Shown here in pieces: positions 56,149-64,000 of a DNA stretch of 64,000 bases (its first letter is position 1; every line of letters starts with the position of its first letter). Origin of the DNA: a virus. Taxonomy: Duplodnaviria; Caudoviricetes. Below the pieces are notes generated by a model, which saw only the letters and a list, made by a program, of their open reading frames with translations, was not told the origin of the DNA and made no database searches. The DNA is taken from IMG/VR virus record IMGVR_UViG_3300033486_000001, positions 1-64,000 of that record; one strand, given 5' to 3'. Position numbers and translations under genes: made by a program.

Positions 56149-56151
56149 TGC

Positions 56152-58038
56152 ATGCCCTATTCCGAACACGAAATGCGCCGCATGCTCTTTACGGTCTGTT
56201 CAACCAAAGAGCACTTGTCCAGGTGGGTGCAAACTTTTTTGGGGTTGGACTTCCCCAGTTCAATCGTATTGGAAGAGTCGAACAGCTCCCCTATGGACGC
56301 ACTGTGGTTGTTGTATAGCAAAGCTATCTCAAACGACGATGAGAATTTCGCTCGTTGTATGAGCTATGCAGCCCGCGGGTCATTTAAGACCCTCTCTGCG
56401 TCAGTTCTCGAAGTGGCCTTGGCTCTACATACACCCCGCAACATAGCCCATCTAGCTGCGACCACTGATCAATCGGGAAAGGCTCAGCAGTACGTGAGGG
56501 GGTTCTTCAGCAAGCCCTACCTTTGCGATTTCCGCCAAGGACAGAACATCAAGCGCATCGACATATGTCGATTTAGCAATGACCGAGGAATTCACCTCTC
56601 CGAAAAAGAGTGGCAAATCCTAGATGACTCGGAAAAGCGATTTTTCGAGCGACACGACAACTACATACAAATCATTACACTCACCCTACAAGGTGCGAAT
56701 AGTGCACACACAGAACTACTTGTAGTAGACGAAGTCGATACCGTGCCAGTGCAAAACCGTGGAGCCTACGAAGAGGCTAAGTCGATTCCTGACCCGCGCA
56801 ACGGCCTAAACCCTATCACTCTACTGACTTCGACCCGTAAGTTCTCATATGGACTTGTCCAGAAAGAGCTCGATGAGGCGGCCAAGACAGGGCTAAGGGC
56901 GTACCACTGGACCGCCGTGGATGTCGTACAAGCGTGTGAGCCTGAGCGACACCACCCGGAACTACCAAAGGTGCAGCTTTACGTCAATGACGCTGAGTTG
57001 ACCACCGTAAACGAAGAGGCTTACTCCAAATTCGATGCGGCGATGCAAGAGAAGTTCACTAAGCATGAAGGGTTCGGCGGTTGCGCGGCATGCTCGCTGT
57101 TTTCGGTATGTAAGTCTCGGCTAGCCACACATCAAGCCTCGAAATCCCCGTTGCTGAAGCCGATCCCGTGGCTGCGCAACCGCATGAAGGAGTTTTCCAC
57201 CTCGATGGCCCTGACGCAGCTTATGTGTCGTCAGCCAGATTCCACTGGTTTGATTTACCCAAAGCTTGACCGAGCCATCCACGTCAAGACTGCCTCGGAA
57301 ATCGCCCAGATGGTTACCGGGAGGACTTGTCCACCTGGGATGGACAAAGGCACGCTTTTGAGGATCTTGGTGGACCGCGGGTGTAAGTTTTACACGGGCA
57401 TGGACTTCGGCTTCACACACCCTTTTTCTTGTGTCACCATGGCCGTGTGGGGGCAAAACGCATTTGTTGTGGACTGTGTCTCCCGATCTGGACTGGAGTT
57501 GGATGACAAAGTAGCAGTATGCGAACACCTACGTGTACTGAATCCTACGATTCACGCCGACACCGAGGCCCCGGCGGATATTGAAACGTTCAAGCGACGC
57601 GGTTTTCAAATGCGCGGCGCCATCAAAGGTCGTGGTAGCGTCAAGTCCGGCATAGAAATCGTACGGATGAAGATGCAGCCAGCCCTCGGCTCCCCGACGT
57701 TGTTCTTTTTGAGCGGAGATCCGGACGTGGAGTTCGCATTCCAGCAGCTCAAAATGTACCACTTTATCACCGACGAAGCCGGCAACATCGCAGACGAGCC
57801 AGAAAAAGTCGACGATGACTCATGTGACGCGTTGCGTTACGGTATCGTAGGTACTTTCGCACCCAATCACAAAATCGGCCTACCGCAAAACCCGAACAAT
57901 CCAGCACCTTCGGAATACCAAGCCGCTCCGGGTCGCCCCCAGTGGATGAATGACCACATCGCCAAACTATTAGACGGTGGAGACCTTTCTTCATCGAACA
58001 AACCGGTCAAGAAGGGGAATTTTCACTTTCAGCAATAA
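56152..58038 (+). CDS. Terminase large subunit
   Basis: AARGSFKT, LVVDEVD, nuclease motifs GMDFGFTHP and DDDSCDALRY. Confidence 0.9.
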   Translation: MPYSEHEMRRMLFTVCSTKEHLSRWVQTFLGLDFPSSIVLEESNSSPMDALWLLYSKAISNDDENFARCMSYAARGSFKTLSASVLEVALALHTPRNIAHLAATTDQSGKAQQYVRGFFSKPYLCDFRQGQNIKRIDICRFSNDRGIHLSEKEWQILDDSEKRFFERHDNYIQIITLTLQGANSAHTELLVVDEVDTVPVQNRGAYEEAKSIPDPRNGLNPITLLTSTRKFSYGLVQKELDEAAKTGLRAYHWTAVDVVQACEPERHHPELPKVQLYVNDAELTTVNEEAYSKFDAAMQEKFTKHEGFGGCAACSLFSVCKSRLATHQASKSPLLKPIPWLRNRMKEFSTSMALTQLMCRQPDSTGLIYPKLDRAIHVKTASEIAQMVTGRTCPPGMDKGTLLRILVDRGCKFYTGMDFGFTHPFSCVTMAVWGQNAFVVDCVSRSGLELDDKVAVCEHLRVLNPTIHADTEAPADIETFKRRGFQMRGAIKGRGSVKSGIEIVRMKMQPALGSPTLFFLSGDPDVEFAFQQLKMYHFITDEAGNIADEPEKVDDDSCDALRYGIVGTFAPNHKIGLPQNPNNPAPSEYQAAPGRPQWMNDHIAKLLDGGDLSSSNKPVKKGNFHFQQ

Positions 58039-58068
58039 GCGCTTGACAATCCCAACACTCCGGATGAG

Positions 58069-58296
58069 GTGTTTGTCGCGGCGTGCAACGATGAGGACTG
58101 GAGGGTCCGTTGTCGTGCCGCCAAGAAGGCTAGATCGGTCGACATTTTACTCAAATTAGCCGAAGATGAGGACGAGAGTGTTCTTGAGGAAGTATACGGG
58201 CACAAGAACTGTCCTCCTGCTGTCAGAATGTGGTTGACCACCGAATACGGATATAGTATGTCTCTAAAGGAATTCCTGGATGCGATGAAGTCGTAA
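58069..58296 (+). CDS. LRV repeat protein (reading frame is open back to the TerL stop)
   Basis: DEDWRVRCRAA, LAEDEDESV; ends RMWLTTEYGYSMSLKEFLDAMKS. Confidence 0.65.
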   Translation: MFVAACNDEDWRVRCRAAKKARSVDILLKLAEDEDESVLEEVYGHKNCPPAVRMWLTTEYGYSMSLKEFLDAMKS

Positions 58297-58326
58297 CTCC
58301 ATATGGTACAATGGTCGCTAGAACGG

Positions 58327-58332
58327 AATCTT
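58327..58332 (+). promoter_or_regulatory. Candidate late promoter AATCTT, 6 nt before ATG 58339 (TGGTACAAT also present at 58304-58312)
   Basis: Conserved motif and spacing. Confidence 0.55.
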
Positions 58333-58338
58333 GACCAT

Positions 58339-59319
58339 ATGGATGCATTCTTAAACACGACCTTTCAAATTCAGGCTTACGCCGACCGTCCGGCCAACTC
58401 CAATCCGCGTCTGCGTGCGGTTGATTGGCGCCGGGATCTCTCCGGCCAAGCCGTATCTAACCCCAAGTCTGAATCCGTACAGCTTGTAGCCGGGGAAACT
58501 CGTACGCTCTTCAATGGACTTCGTACGACGACCTTGGACGGCACCACGGCGTTTACGATGTCGCTGTCGACTCTCGAGTCCGGCCGCTACCGCTTCACCA
58601 AAGTCGCTGGAACTGACCCGAGTCTTCGCCCCAGCCGAGGGCTTACGCTCAATACAGTTGCTGTCACTGCCGTGGCGTTGGCCAACGGTTCGCTGACAAT
58701 GACTGTACCCGGACCAGCCGCTTTCACCGGTGTCGTGGCTGGTGACATCGTGTTTGTCCCCAACACCAATACCGGTGACGCCGCCAACGTTTTCTCGATC
58801 TCTAATAGCGGATATTGGGTTGTGATGGCGGTGCTGTCTCCGCAGTCCCTGAGTCTCACCCGCCTCCCCGGCGCTTCCTTCGAGGGTGTGAGCGAAGTCG
58901 TAACGTTGACGTCTAATGCGCAACTCCGAGCTTATTCTGCAGCCGGAGTGCAAGTCGATGACTCGGTGTCGATTTCGGCTGGATTCGCCACGGCCACGCA
59001 AAAGACATACGATGTAGTGGCCGTCACAGACACCTTCTTTGAAGTGCGCAGTTCACTCCCGCTCCCCCTTGAGTCGTCCGTCATCCCGACCGCGGTCGGC
59101 CTGGTGTTCTACTCCAGCGCGAAGAATTTCTTGTACGTTGAAGGCGACCAAGAGTTTGTAATCCGCCTCAACGGCTCTACGGACTCGACACAGCGAGTCT
59201 CACCGGTGTCGGCCGGAGAAATCCCCGGAGCATATTTCAAGAACGGTCCGACTTGGTCGCTGGCTGTAGTTAATATGTCTTCCACGTTGCTCAATTTGAT
59301 GGTAATCGGAGCCGAATGA
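58339..59319 (+). CDS. Virion structural protein
   Basis: Beta-rich Thr/Val/Ser composition; between TerL and portal; start reassigned to 58339. Confidence 0.6.
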   Translation: MDAFLNTTFQIQAYADRPANSNPRLRAVDWRRDLSGQAVSNPKSESVQLVAGETRTLFNGLRTTTLDGTTAFTMSLSTLESGRYRFTKVAGTDPSLRPSRGLTLNTVAVTAVALANGSLTMTVPGPAAFTGVVAGDIVFVPNTNTGDAANVFSISNSGYWVVMAVLSPQSLSLTRLPGASFEGVSEVVTLTSNAQLRAYSAAGVQVDDSVSISAGFATATQKTYDVVAVTDTFFEVRSSLPLPLESSVIPTAVGLVFYSSAKNFLYVEGDQEFVIRLNGSTDSTQRVSPVSAGEIPGAYFKNGPTWSLAVVNMSSTLLNLMVIGAE

Positions 59320-62300
59320 TGAAAACTACCATATCCGACTTGCTCGCTCCAGCCATCACGGTCCCCGTCAAGGCTAAGCGGACTTACGCCATCGAGGCCG
59401 TTGACAAAACCCCGAACGACAACGCCTATGAAGCCCTGAACAAGTCTTTGATGTCGCTGGATGGAGAAAAGGATCAGCCAGTCCAACGTCTAGCGTTCGA
59501 AATTGATCCGGTCACCGGACAGAGTGTTTATGCATCACTGTACCGACCTAAGCAAAAAGGGCTGTCTGACATCATCCTGAAGCGGCTGTCGGTCCAGGCC
59601 TCTATCGTAGCGTCTATTACTAACGCCCGCGGCAATCACGTGTCCGCCTTCGGTCGCCCACAGCCAGATCGTTTTTCCACCGGCTTTAAGATCAAGCCAA
59701 ACCCGAAACATGTAGAGAAGCTCAGTCAAGAAGAAAAAGAAGAGCTCCAGCATCGCATCGGTAAGGCCGAGAAGTTGATGTTGACGTGTGGAAAGAAGTC
59801 TGACGGCGACAGCACCAAAGATCTTTCTTTCTCTCAGTTTTTGTTCATGACTACGCGCAACGCACTAATTTTCGGGCGTGTTGCCGTGGAAGCGATTCCG
59901 GACGGGGAGGACAAGTTCCACTCGTTCCGACCGATCGATGCTGGGACGATTTATTTCTCGACAGCACAAAAAGAGGCCGCCGACAACGTACGGCGTCAAG
60001 CACAAAACTTGCTGGCGCGCCTCAAGAATGAAGCTCCTCAAAATTTCATAGATTCCAAGGGGCGCAACGTAGACGAGCTCTTCGGAAGTGATGAATATGC
60101 TTGGGTCCAGGTCATCAACGACATCCCACGGCAGTTCTTCACAGCAAAAGAGTGTCTGGTTCATAACTTTTATCCGGTCACCGACATCGAACAAGTCGGA
60201 TATCCGCTGACACCTCTGGACACTGTAGTTTCGGATGTCACGACTTTCATCAACATCACCACACACAACCGGTTGTTCTTCCAGAGTGGTCGCGCAAGCC
60301 GTGGCGCAGTGGTGTTGCAATCTGACGACATCGACGATATCGATTTGCAGCATATTCGCCAGCAATTTCAAGCGAACATCAATGGCGTTGGGAACTCGTG
60401 GCGCACTCCGATGTTCAAAGTCGGTAAGGACGACAAGGTTGACTGGTTTAGTATTGACTCCAATGCCCGGGATCAAGAATTTCAGTACCTCAGCGATTCA
60501 AATGCACGCACTATTTTGAGTGGATTTCAGGTATCTCCTGAGGAAATCAGCGGGTACGGGCACCTCTCGAGGGGCACCAATAGTCAGGCGTTAAGTGAGT
60601 GTTTTGACCCGTCGAGCTACCTCTGGACAAACACGGGACTTCGCACCGCAGAAAGTATTTTGGGGGACGAACAGGAAACTCCACTTCAGATCTGGACGGG
60701 TTCGGATTGGCAGAACGCCCGGTTGTTTCGCACTGGAGAAAAAGAACTAGTCGAAACCCATGTCAATGGGTACAGTATCAAAACATCTCCAGATCACCGA
60801 TTCCGCGTTTTGTCGGAATCCGGAGAATTGATTTGGAAGAAGCAGCAGGAGCTCTGTACCGGCGATTTGTTGGTTATGAACGCAAAGCCGGTTCCTGGAG
60901 CGCCGGAACTAATCCCCTCTTTCCGTGGTCAAAAACTGACTGTCGAGATGGTGGAGCTTTTGGGGTGGATGACCGGTGACGGCTCTTTGGTCGGACCTCG
61001 GAAGCGCATTGGTGGGTATTTGAAGCTGTTTTACCATCCGGTTCGTGAGCGCGAAATCTGGGATCGACACGCCCAGCTCCTATCGGACTTCGGGTTCAAC
61101 GTCAAACATCATGAACGTCAAATCAGCGAAGAGGAAGTCGAGAAGATCAAAGCCCAGAGAGGTTTCGCTTCGGTAGCGTCTAGTCGGATAACTAATACCG
61201 TTTATGACACCGAATTCGTGGGGTGGCTGCATGGATTGGGGTGTGGGTATAGTCATGAAGGCAAGACAATCCCGCCAATATTCCATGTTCTCCCTGTTGA
61301 GTATCGTCAGGCGTTCCTTCGAGGGCTTTTCTCGGCTGACGGTCATACGCCCCAAGGCGGAGCTGTGGTGTTGACCATACAAGATGACCGAACGAGAGAG
61401 CAAGCCCGTCAAATGCTATTGGGGTTGGGTATCAGGACGCTTGGGTGTGATGGTATTTTGAGAGAGAGTCTTGGTCAAGGTAAGGTGTTTAGCCACAAGC
61501 TGTTTATCAAAGATCGCAATTTATTCTGGGAGCAGATCGGCTTCATCCAGCCACACAAGATCGCCCGTCGAACACCTCAGAAGTTCGCGCGTGGTTTTGT
61601 TCCAGTGTCATTGGCTTCTAAGTTGCTTGCTCCGGTCATCGAGTCCGCTATTTTTGCCGGATGGGACAAAAAGACTAAAGATAATATCAGGGGTTGCGCT
61701 GGAGCATACTCCGCTCCTCGACATATCACCTGGAGACAATTACGTTTGGTGTTGGAGCAAGCCCTGGGAGCAGCGCCGTCTTGGTTGACGGACTATCACC
61801 TGGAGCCAGTGACTGATTTGATTGCACATCAGTCCAAGATGTTGATGGTTGACGTTGAGGTCTTTGATTCACGGCATGCACAGATTCTCCAGGGTTTTCA
61901 AGTACACAACTCGAACAACGAATATGTGCTCGAAGCACACCGAGACACCGGCATTCGCCCCCTGCTTTGGCAAATGCAAACATTCATCAACGACCGCATC
62001 TTCCCGTTGATCGACGCGGAACTCGCTAAGATCTGCACATTCGAATTCGTCGGACTCGACGCCGAGACGGCCGAAAAAGAGACGACGCGCCTACAAACGG
62101 ACGCCACCGTCCACATGACGTACGACCAAATCCTCCAGAAGGTCGAAAAGAAGCCGCTCGGGGCCAAGTGGGGCGGTACTTTCCCTCTCAACCCAGCCTT
62201 CCAACAAATCTTGGACAGGTACATGACGGTCGGTCAGATTCTCGAGGGGTTTTTCGGCGTCGCGGGCGCCGGCAAGGACCCCCGCCTTGACTACTGCCGT

Positions 62301-62738
62301 GATGAGTATTGGTTCCGACAGGTTGACGTCCTTAATCAGAAGCAGCAACTCGAACAGCAGACCCAGATGCAAGCCCAACAAGCGGCTCAAGGTGCTCAAC
62401 AATCCGGAAATTCCGGACAGTTGCCACAAGGCTCTACAGTCCCCCAAGGCGACCAACAGCCTGCACCCCAGCAAGATGCCAACCAATCCCAGAACGCGCC
62501 ACAGCAAGCTCCACAGCCCCAGCAAGACCCGAACCAACCCGACCTCTCTACCGGAATTGACCAGCTCGCAGGGATTTTGAACAAGTCTGAGAGCCAACTC
62601 CCCGTCTCGAAGCGGCACCTGTTGGCGCAGCAACGATTGTTTATCTCGCACGCCATGTCGGCGCTAGAAGAAGAGTCGAAACTAGCCATCAAAGAAATTT
62701 CGGGAATCGCCAAACAGCACATTGCGCCGACCAAGTAG
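59316..62738 (+). CDS. Portal protein interrupted by an intein
   Basis: Portal-like RPIDAGTI, HNFYP, YPLTPLD, FQYL; Gln-rich C-terminal tail; follows TerL. Confidence 0.85.
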   Translation: MMKTTISDLLAPAITVPVKAKRTYAIEAVDKTPNDNAYEALNKSLMSLDGEKDQPVQRLAFEIDPVTGQSVYASLYRPKQKGLSDIILKRLSVQASIVASITNARGNHVSAFGRPQPDRFSTGFKIKPNPKHVEKLSQEEKEELQHRIGKAEKLMLTCGKKSDGDSTKDLSFSQFLFMTTRNALIFGRVAVEAIPDGEDKFHSFRPIDAGTIYFSTAQKEAADNVRRQAQNLLARLKNEAPQNFIDSKGRNVDELFGSDEYAWVQVINDIPRQFFTAKECLVHNFYPVTDIEQVGYPLTPLDTVVSDVTTFINITTHNRLFFQSGRASRGAVVLQSDDIDDIDLQHIRQQFQANINGVGNSWRTPMFKVGKDDKVDWFSIDSNARDQEFQYLSDSNARTILSGFQVSPEEISGYGHLSRGTNSQALSECFDPSSYLWTNTGLRTAESILGDEQETPLQIWTGSDWQNARLFRTGEKELVETHVNGYSIKTSPDHRFRVLSESGELIWKKQQELCTGDLLVMNAKPVPGAPELIPSFRGQKLTVEMVELLGWMTGDGSLVGPRKRIGGYLKLFYHPVREREIWDRHAQLLSDFGFNVKHHERQISEEEVEKIKAQRGFASVASSRITNTVYDTEFVGWLHGLGCGYSHEGKTIPPIFHVLPVEYRQAFLRGLFSADGHTPQGGAVVLTIQDDRTREQARQMLLGLGIRTLGCDGILRESLGQGKVFSHKLFIKDRNLFWEQIGFIQPHKIARRTPQKFARGFVPVSLASKLLAPVIESAIFAGWDKKTKDNIRGCAGAYSAPRHITWRQLRLVLEQALGAAPSWLTDYHLEPVTDLIAHQSKMLMVDVEVFDSRHAQILQGFQVHNSNNEYVLEAHRDTGIRPLLWQMQTFINDRIFPLIDAELAKICTFEFVGLDAETAEKETTRLQTDATVHMTYDQILQKVEKKPLGAKWGGTFPLNPAFQQILDRYMTVGQILEGFFGVAGAGKDPRLDYCRDEYWFRQVDVLNQKQQLEQQTQMQAQQAAQGAQQSGNSGQLPQGSTVPQGDQQPAPQQDANQSQNAPQQAPQPQQDPNQPDLSTGIDQLAGILNKSESQLPVSKRHLLAQQRLFISHAMSALEEESKLAIKEISGIAKQHIAPTK
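60600..61910 (+). mobile_element. Intein with a LAGLIDADG homing endonuclease (437 aa)
   Basis: Starts CFDPSS; block B TSPDHRF; LLGWMTGDGS and FLRGLFSADG; ends VHN followed by Ser+1. Confidence 0.92.
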
Positions 62739-62756
62739 GTGCGGTAAACGGGTGGG

Positions 62757-63368
62757 ATGAAAATCATACCTCCTTCAGCAGAACTCGTTTGGATCACCCC
62801 TAATGCCGCGCAAGTCATTGAGATGGCTGCGCGCAAATGCTATGCTTCCGAAGGTCAGTATGACCCCGCCCGTACGGCCGATTTTTTAGACCGAGTAATC
62901 AACCAAAAGCACCATGAAAGCGTCATGGAGCACGCTAGTGCTTGCTTCGACATCACCACCGACCGTGGGGTGATGGCCGAACTCACGCGTCATCGCCTTG
63001 CTAGTTTTTCGGTGCAGTCAACGAGGTACTGTTCATATAACAAAAGTAAATTCGGTAGTCAAATCGAGGTGTTGGAACCGCCAGATCTTTCGTCTGAGAT
63101 GAGGGTTATTTGGACCCAAGCCATGGAAGCTTCCGAAAGAGCTTACATGCAGATGTTGGAATTTGGAGCACAACCGCAAATTGCGCGCTCGGTACTCCCC
63201 AACGGCCTTGCAACCCACATGCGAGTCACCGCCAACTTCCGTGAATGGCGCCACATCTTCTCTCTCCGGACGGACAAGGCGGCGCATCCGCAAATCCGTG
63301 AGGCTATGGAGATGGTGCAGGATTCCATGGCGATGCACGTCCCAGAGTTGTTCGGTTTCGAGTTTTAG
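62757..63368 (+). CDS. thyX: Flavin-dependent thymidylate synthase
   Basis: HESVMEH, ELTRHRLASFSVQSTRY, ARSVLP, NFREWRH, AHPQIR. Confidence 0.95.
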   Translation: MKIIPPSAELVWITPNAAQVIEMAARKCYASEGQYDPARTADFLDRVINQKHHESVMEHASACFDITTDRGVMAELTRHRLASFSVQSTRYCSYNKSKFGSQIEVLEPPDLSSEMRVIWTQAMEASERAYMQMLEFGAQPQIARSVLPNGLATHMRVTANFREWRHIFSLRTDKAAHPQIREAMEMVQDSMAMHVPELFGFEF

Positions 63369-63372
63369 TTCC

Positions 63373-63404
63373 TTGACATCGGAACCCAACCCGCGGTAAT
63401 ACTC
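63373..63404 (+). promoter_or_regulatory. Early-type promoter copy 1: TTGACA-N18-TAATACT
   Basis: Shares TTGACATC...CCAACCCGCGGTAATACTC with copy 2. Confidence 0.7.
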
Positions 63405-63436
63405 GCCGTCAAACACGCAATATAGAGGTCGTCCAA

Positions 63437-63685
63437 ATGACTAAGACAACTAAAACCGTTGCTGAGCACTACCCCTTGGGTACTCGCCTGATGCACCCCT
63501 CCTACCCTTGGAGTGTGTGGACCGTGAGCGAGGTGCGCGTGACCATTGACGGAGCCGGACACCACGTGGACTACGCGTTGGAGGGTACGGAGGTGCGTGG
63601 CGCGGCTCGCTGGTCGGCGGCGGAGATGTTCGTGCCAGCACCCGATGAATCGGCCTTTGAATCTCCCCACTACTTCGCCGACTAA
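63437..63685 (+). CDS. Hypothetical protein
   Basis: SD GAGG; downstream of the promoter. Confidence 0.65.
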   Translation: MTKTTKTVAEHYPLGTRLMHPSYPWSVWTVSEVRVTIDGAGHHVDYALEGTEVRGAARWSAAEMFVPAPDESAFESPHYFAD

Positions 63686-63693
63686 ATCGGCCA

Positions 63694-63725
63694 TTGACAT
63701 CACCATCCAACCCGCGGTAATACTC
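63694..63725 (+). promoter_or_regulatory. Early-type promoter copy 2
   Basis: TTGACATCACCATCCAACCCGCGGTAATACTC. Confidence 0.7.
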
Positions 63726-63762
63726 ATCCCATCAACGCAGTCCAAATCACGGAGAAAACACT

Positions 63763-64000
63763 TTGGCTACCATTGAAGTCGACAAGAACGATAAGTCTCT
63801 CGGCTATGACACGCTGAATCTCACTCAGGCGGCAAAGGCTCTGAAGTACTCGCTTGTGTCCAATCAGCCCATCAATCTCATCGGGCCTCCTGGCATCGGT
63901 AAGACGGCAATCGTGGCGGCTGCTATTGAAGGGCTCGACATGTCGCTTCTTACGTTCATCTTGTCATTGTGCGATCCTACAGACATCGGCGGGATGCCGG
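63763..64000 (+). CDS. MoxR-like AAA+ ATPase, 3'-partial (not in the ORF track)
   Basis: Read by hand from TTG: MATIEVDK...LIGPPGIGKT...LSLCDPTDIGGMP; SD GGAG. Confidence 0.8.
   Translation, partial: MATIEVDKNDKSLGYDTLNLTQAAKALKYSLVSNQPINLIGPPGIGKTAIVAAAIEGLDMSLLTFILSLCDPTDIGGMP

Noticed and set aside
58043-58048. TTGACA after TerL as a -35 element
   Set aside because: No suitable -10 follows; better explained by the codons CTT GAC AAT (Leu-Asp-Asn)
62330-62560. Gln-rich tract in the portal as a separate repeat element
   Set aside because: Low-complexity protein tail with no DNA-level periodicity
1-64000. Stop-codon reassignment
   Set aside because: Conserved proteins are full length under the standard code, and TAA, TAG and TGA all end well-tiled genes
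1-64000. Apparent abundance of GTCGAC/TCGA sites
   Set aside because: Cannot be quantified by eye; needs a Markov-corrected k-mer count

Overview
This window is a gene-dense 64 kb segment of a large, jumbo-like tailed dsDNA phage, probably with a contractile tail. It uses the standard genetic code; I saw no tRNA, rRNA or CRISPR array. There are three blocks. (1) 1-11.7 kb, + strand: tail and baseplate proteins (one with a Kelch propeller), a Gly-rich tail fibre, a holin-like gene, a GH108 endolysin and a GIY-YIG endonuclease. (2) 11.7-50.3 kb, - strand: replication, recombination and nucleotide genes (DnaB-like helicase, primase, RecA-like, SSB, DnaE-type polymerase, dUTPase, class II RNR, RuvC-like, SbcC/SbcD, SF2 helicase), ClpP, GroEL, a GroES-like gene, a sigma factor and many small hypotheticals. 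(3) 51-64 kb, + strand, after a ~770 bp non-coding strand switch containing six 17-bp iteron-like repeats: a Rep-like wHTH protein, a family of LRV/HEAT-like repeat proteins, TerL, an intein-containing portal, ThyX and a MoxR-like ATPase. The best candidate for an undescribed system is a transcription take-over kit. It comprises a sigma factor truncated before region 4.2, a separate 75-aa sigma-4.2-like protein, a Gre-like protein without the catalytic acidic tip, and an AATCT(T/A)-N6-ATG motif in front of late genes that implies leaderless mRNAs. A second candidate is a shared ~20-aa C-terminal module on seven proteins whose DNA often doubles as the next gene's Shine-Dalgarno. All protein calls come from motif recognition by eye; no database search was run.
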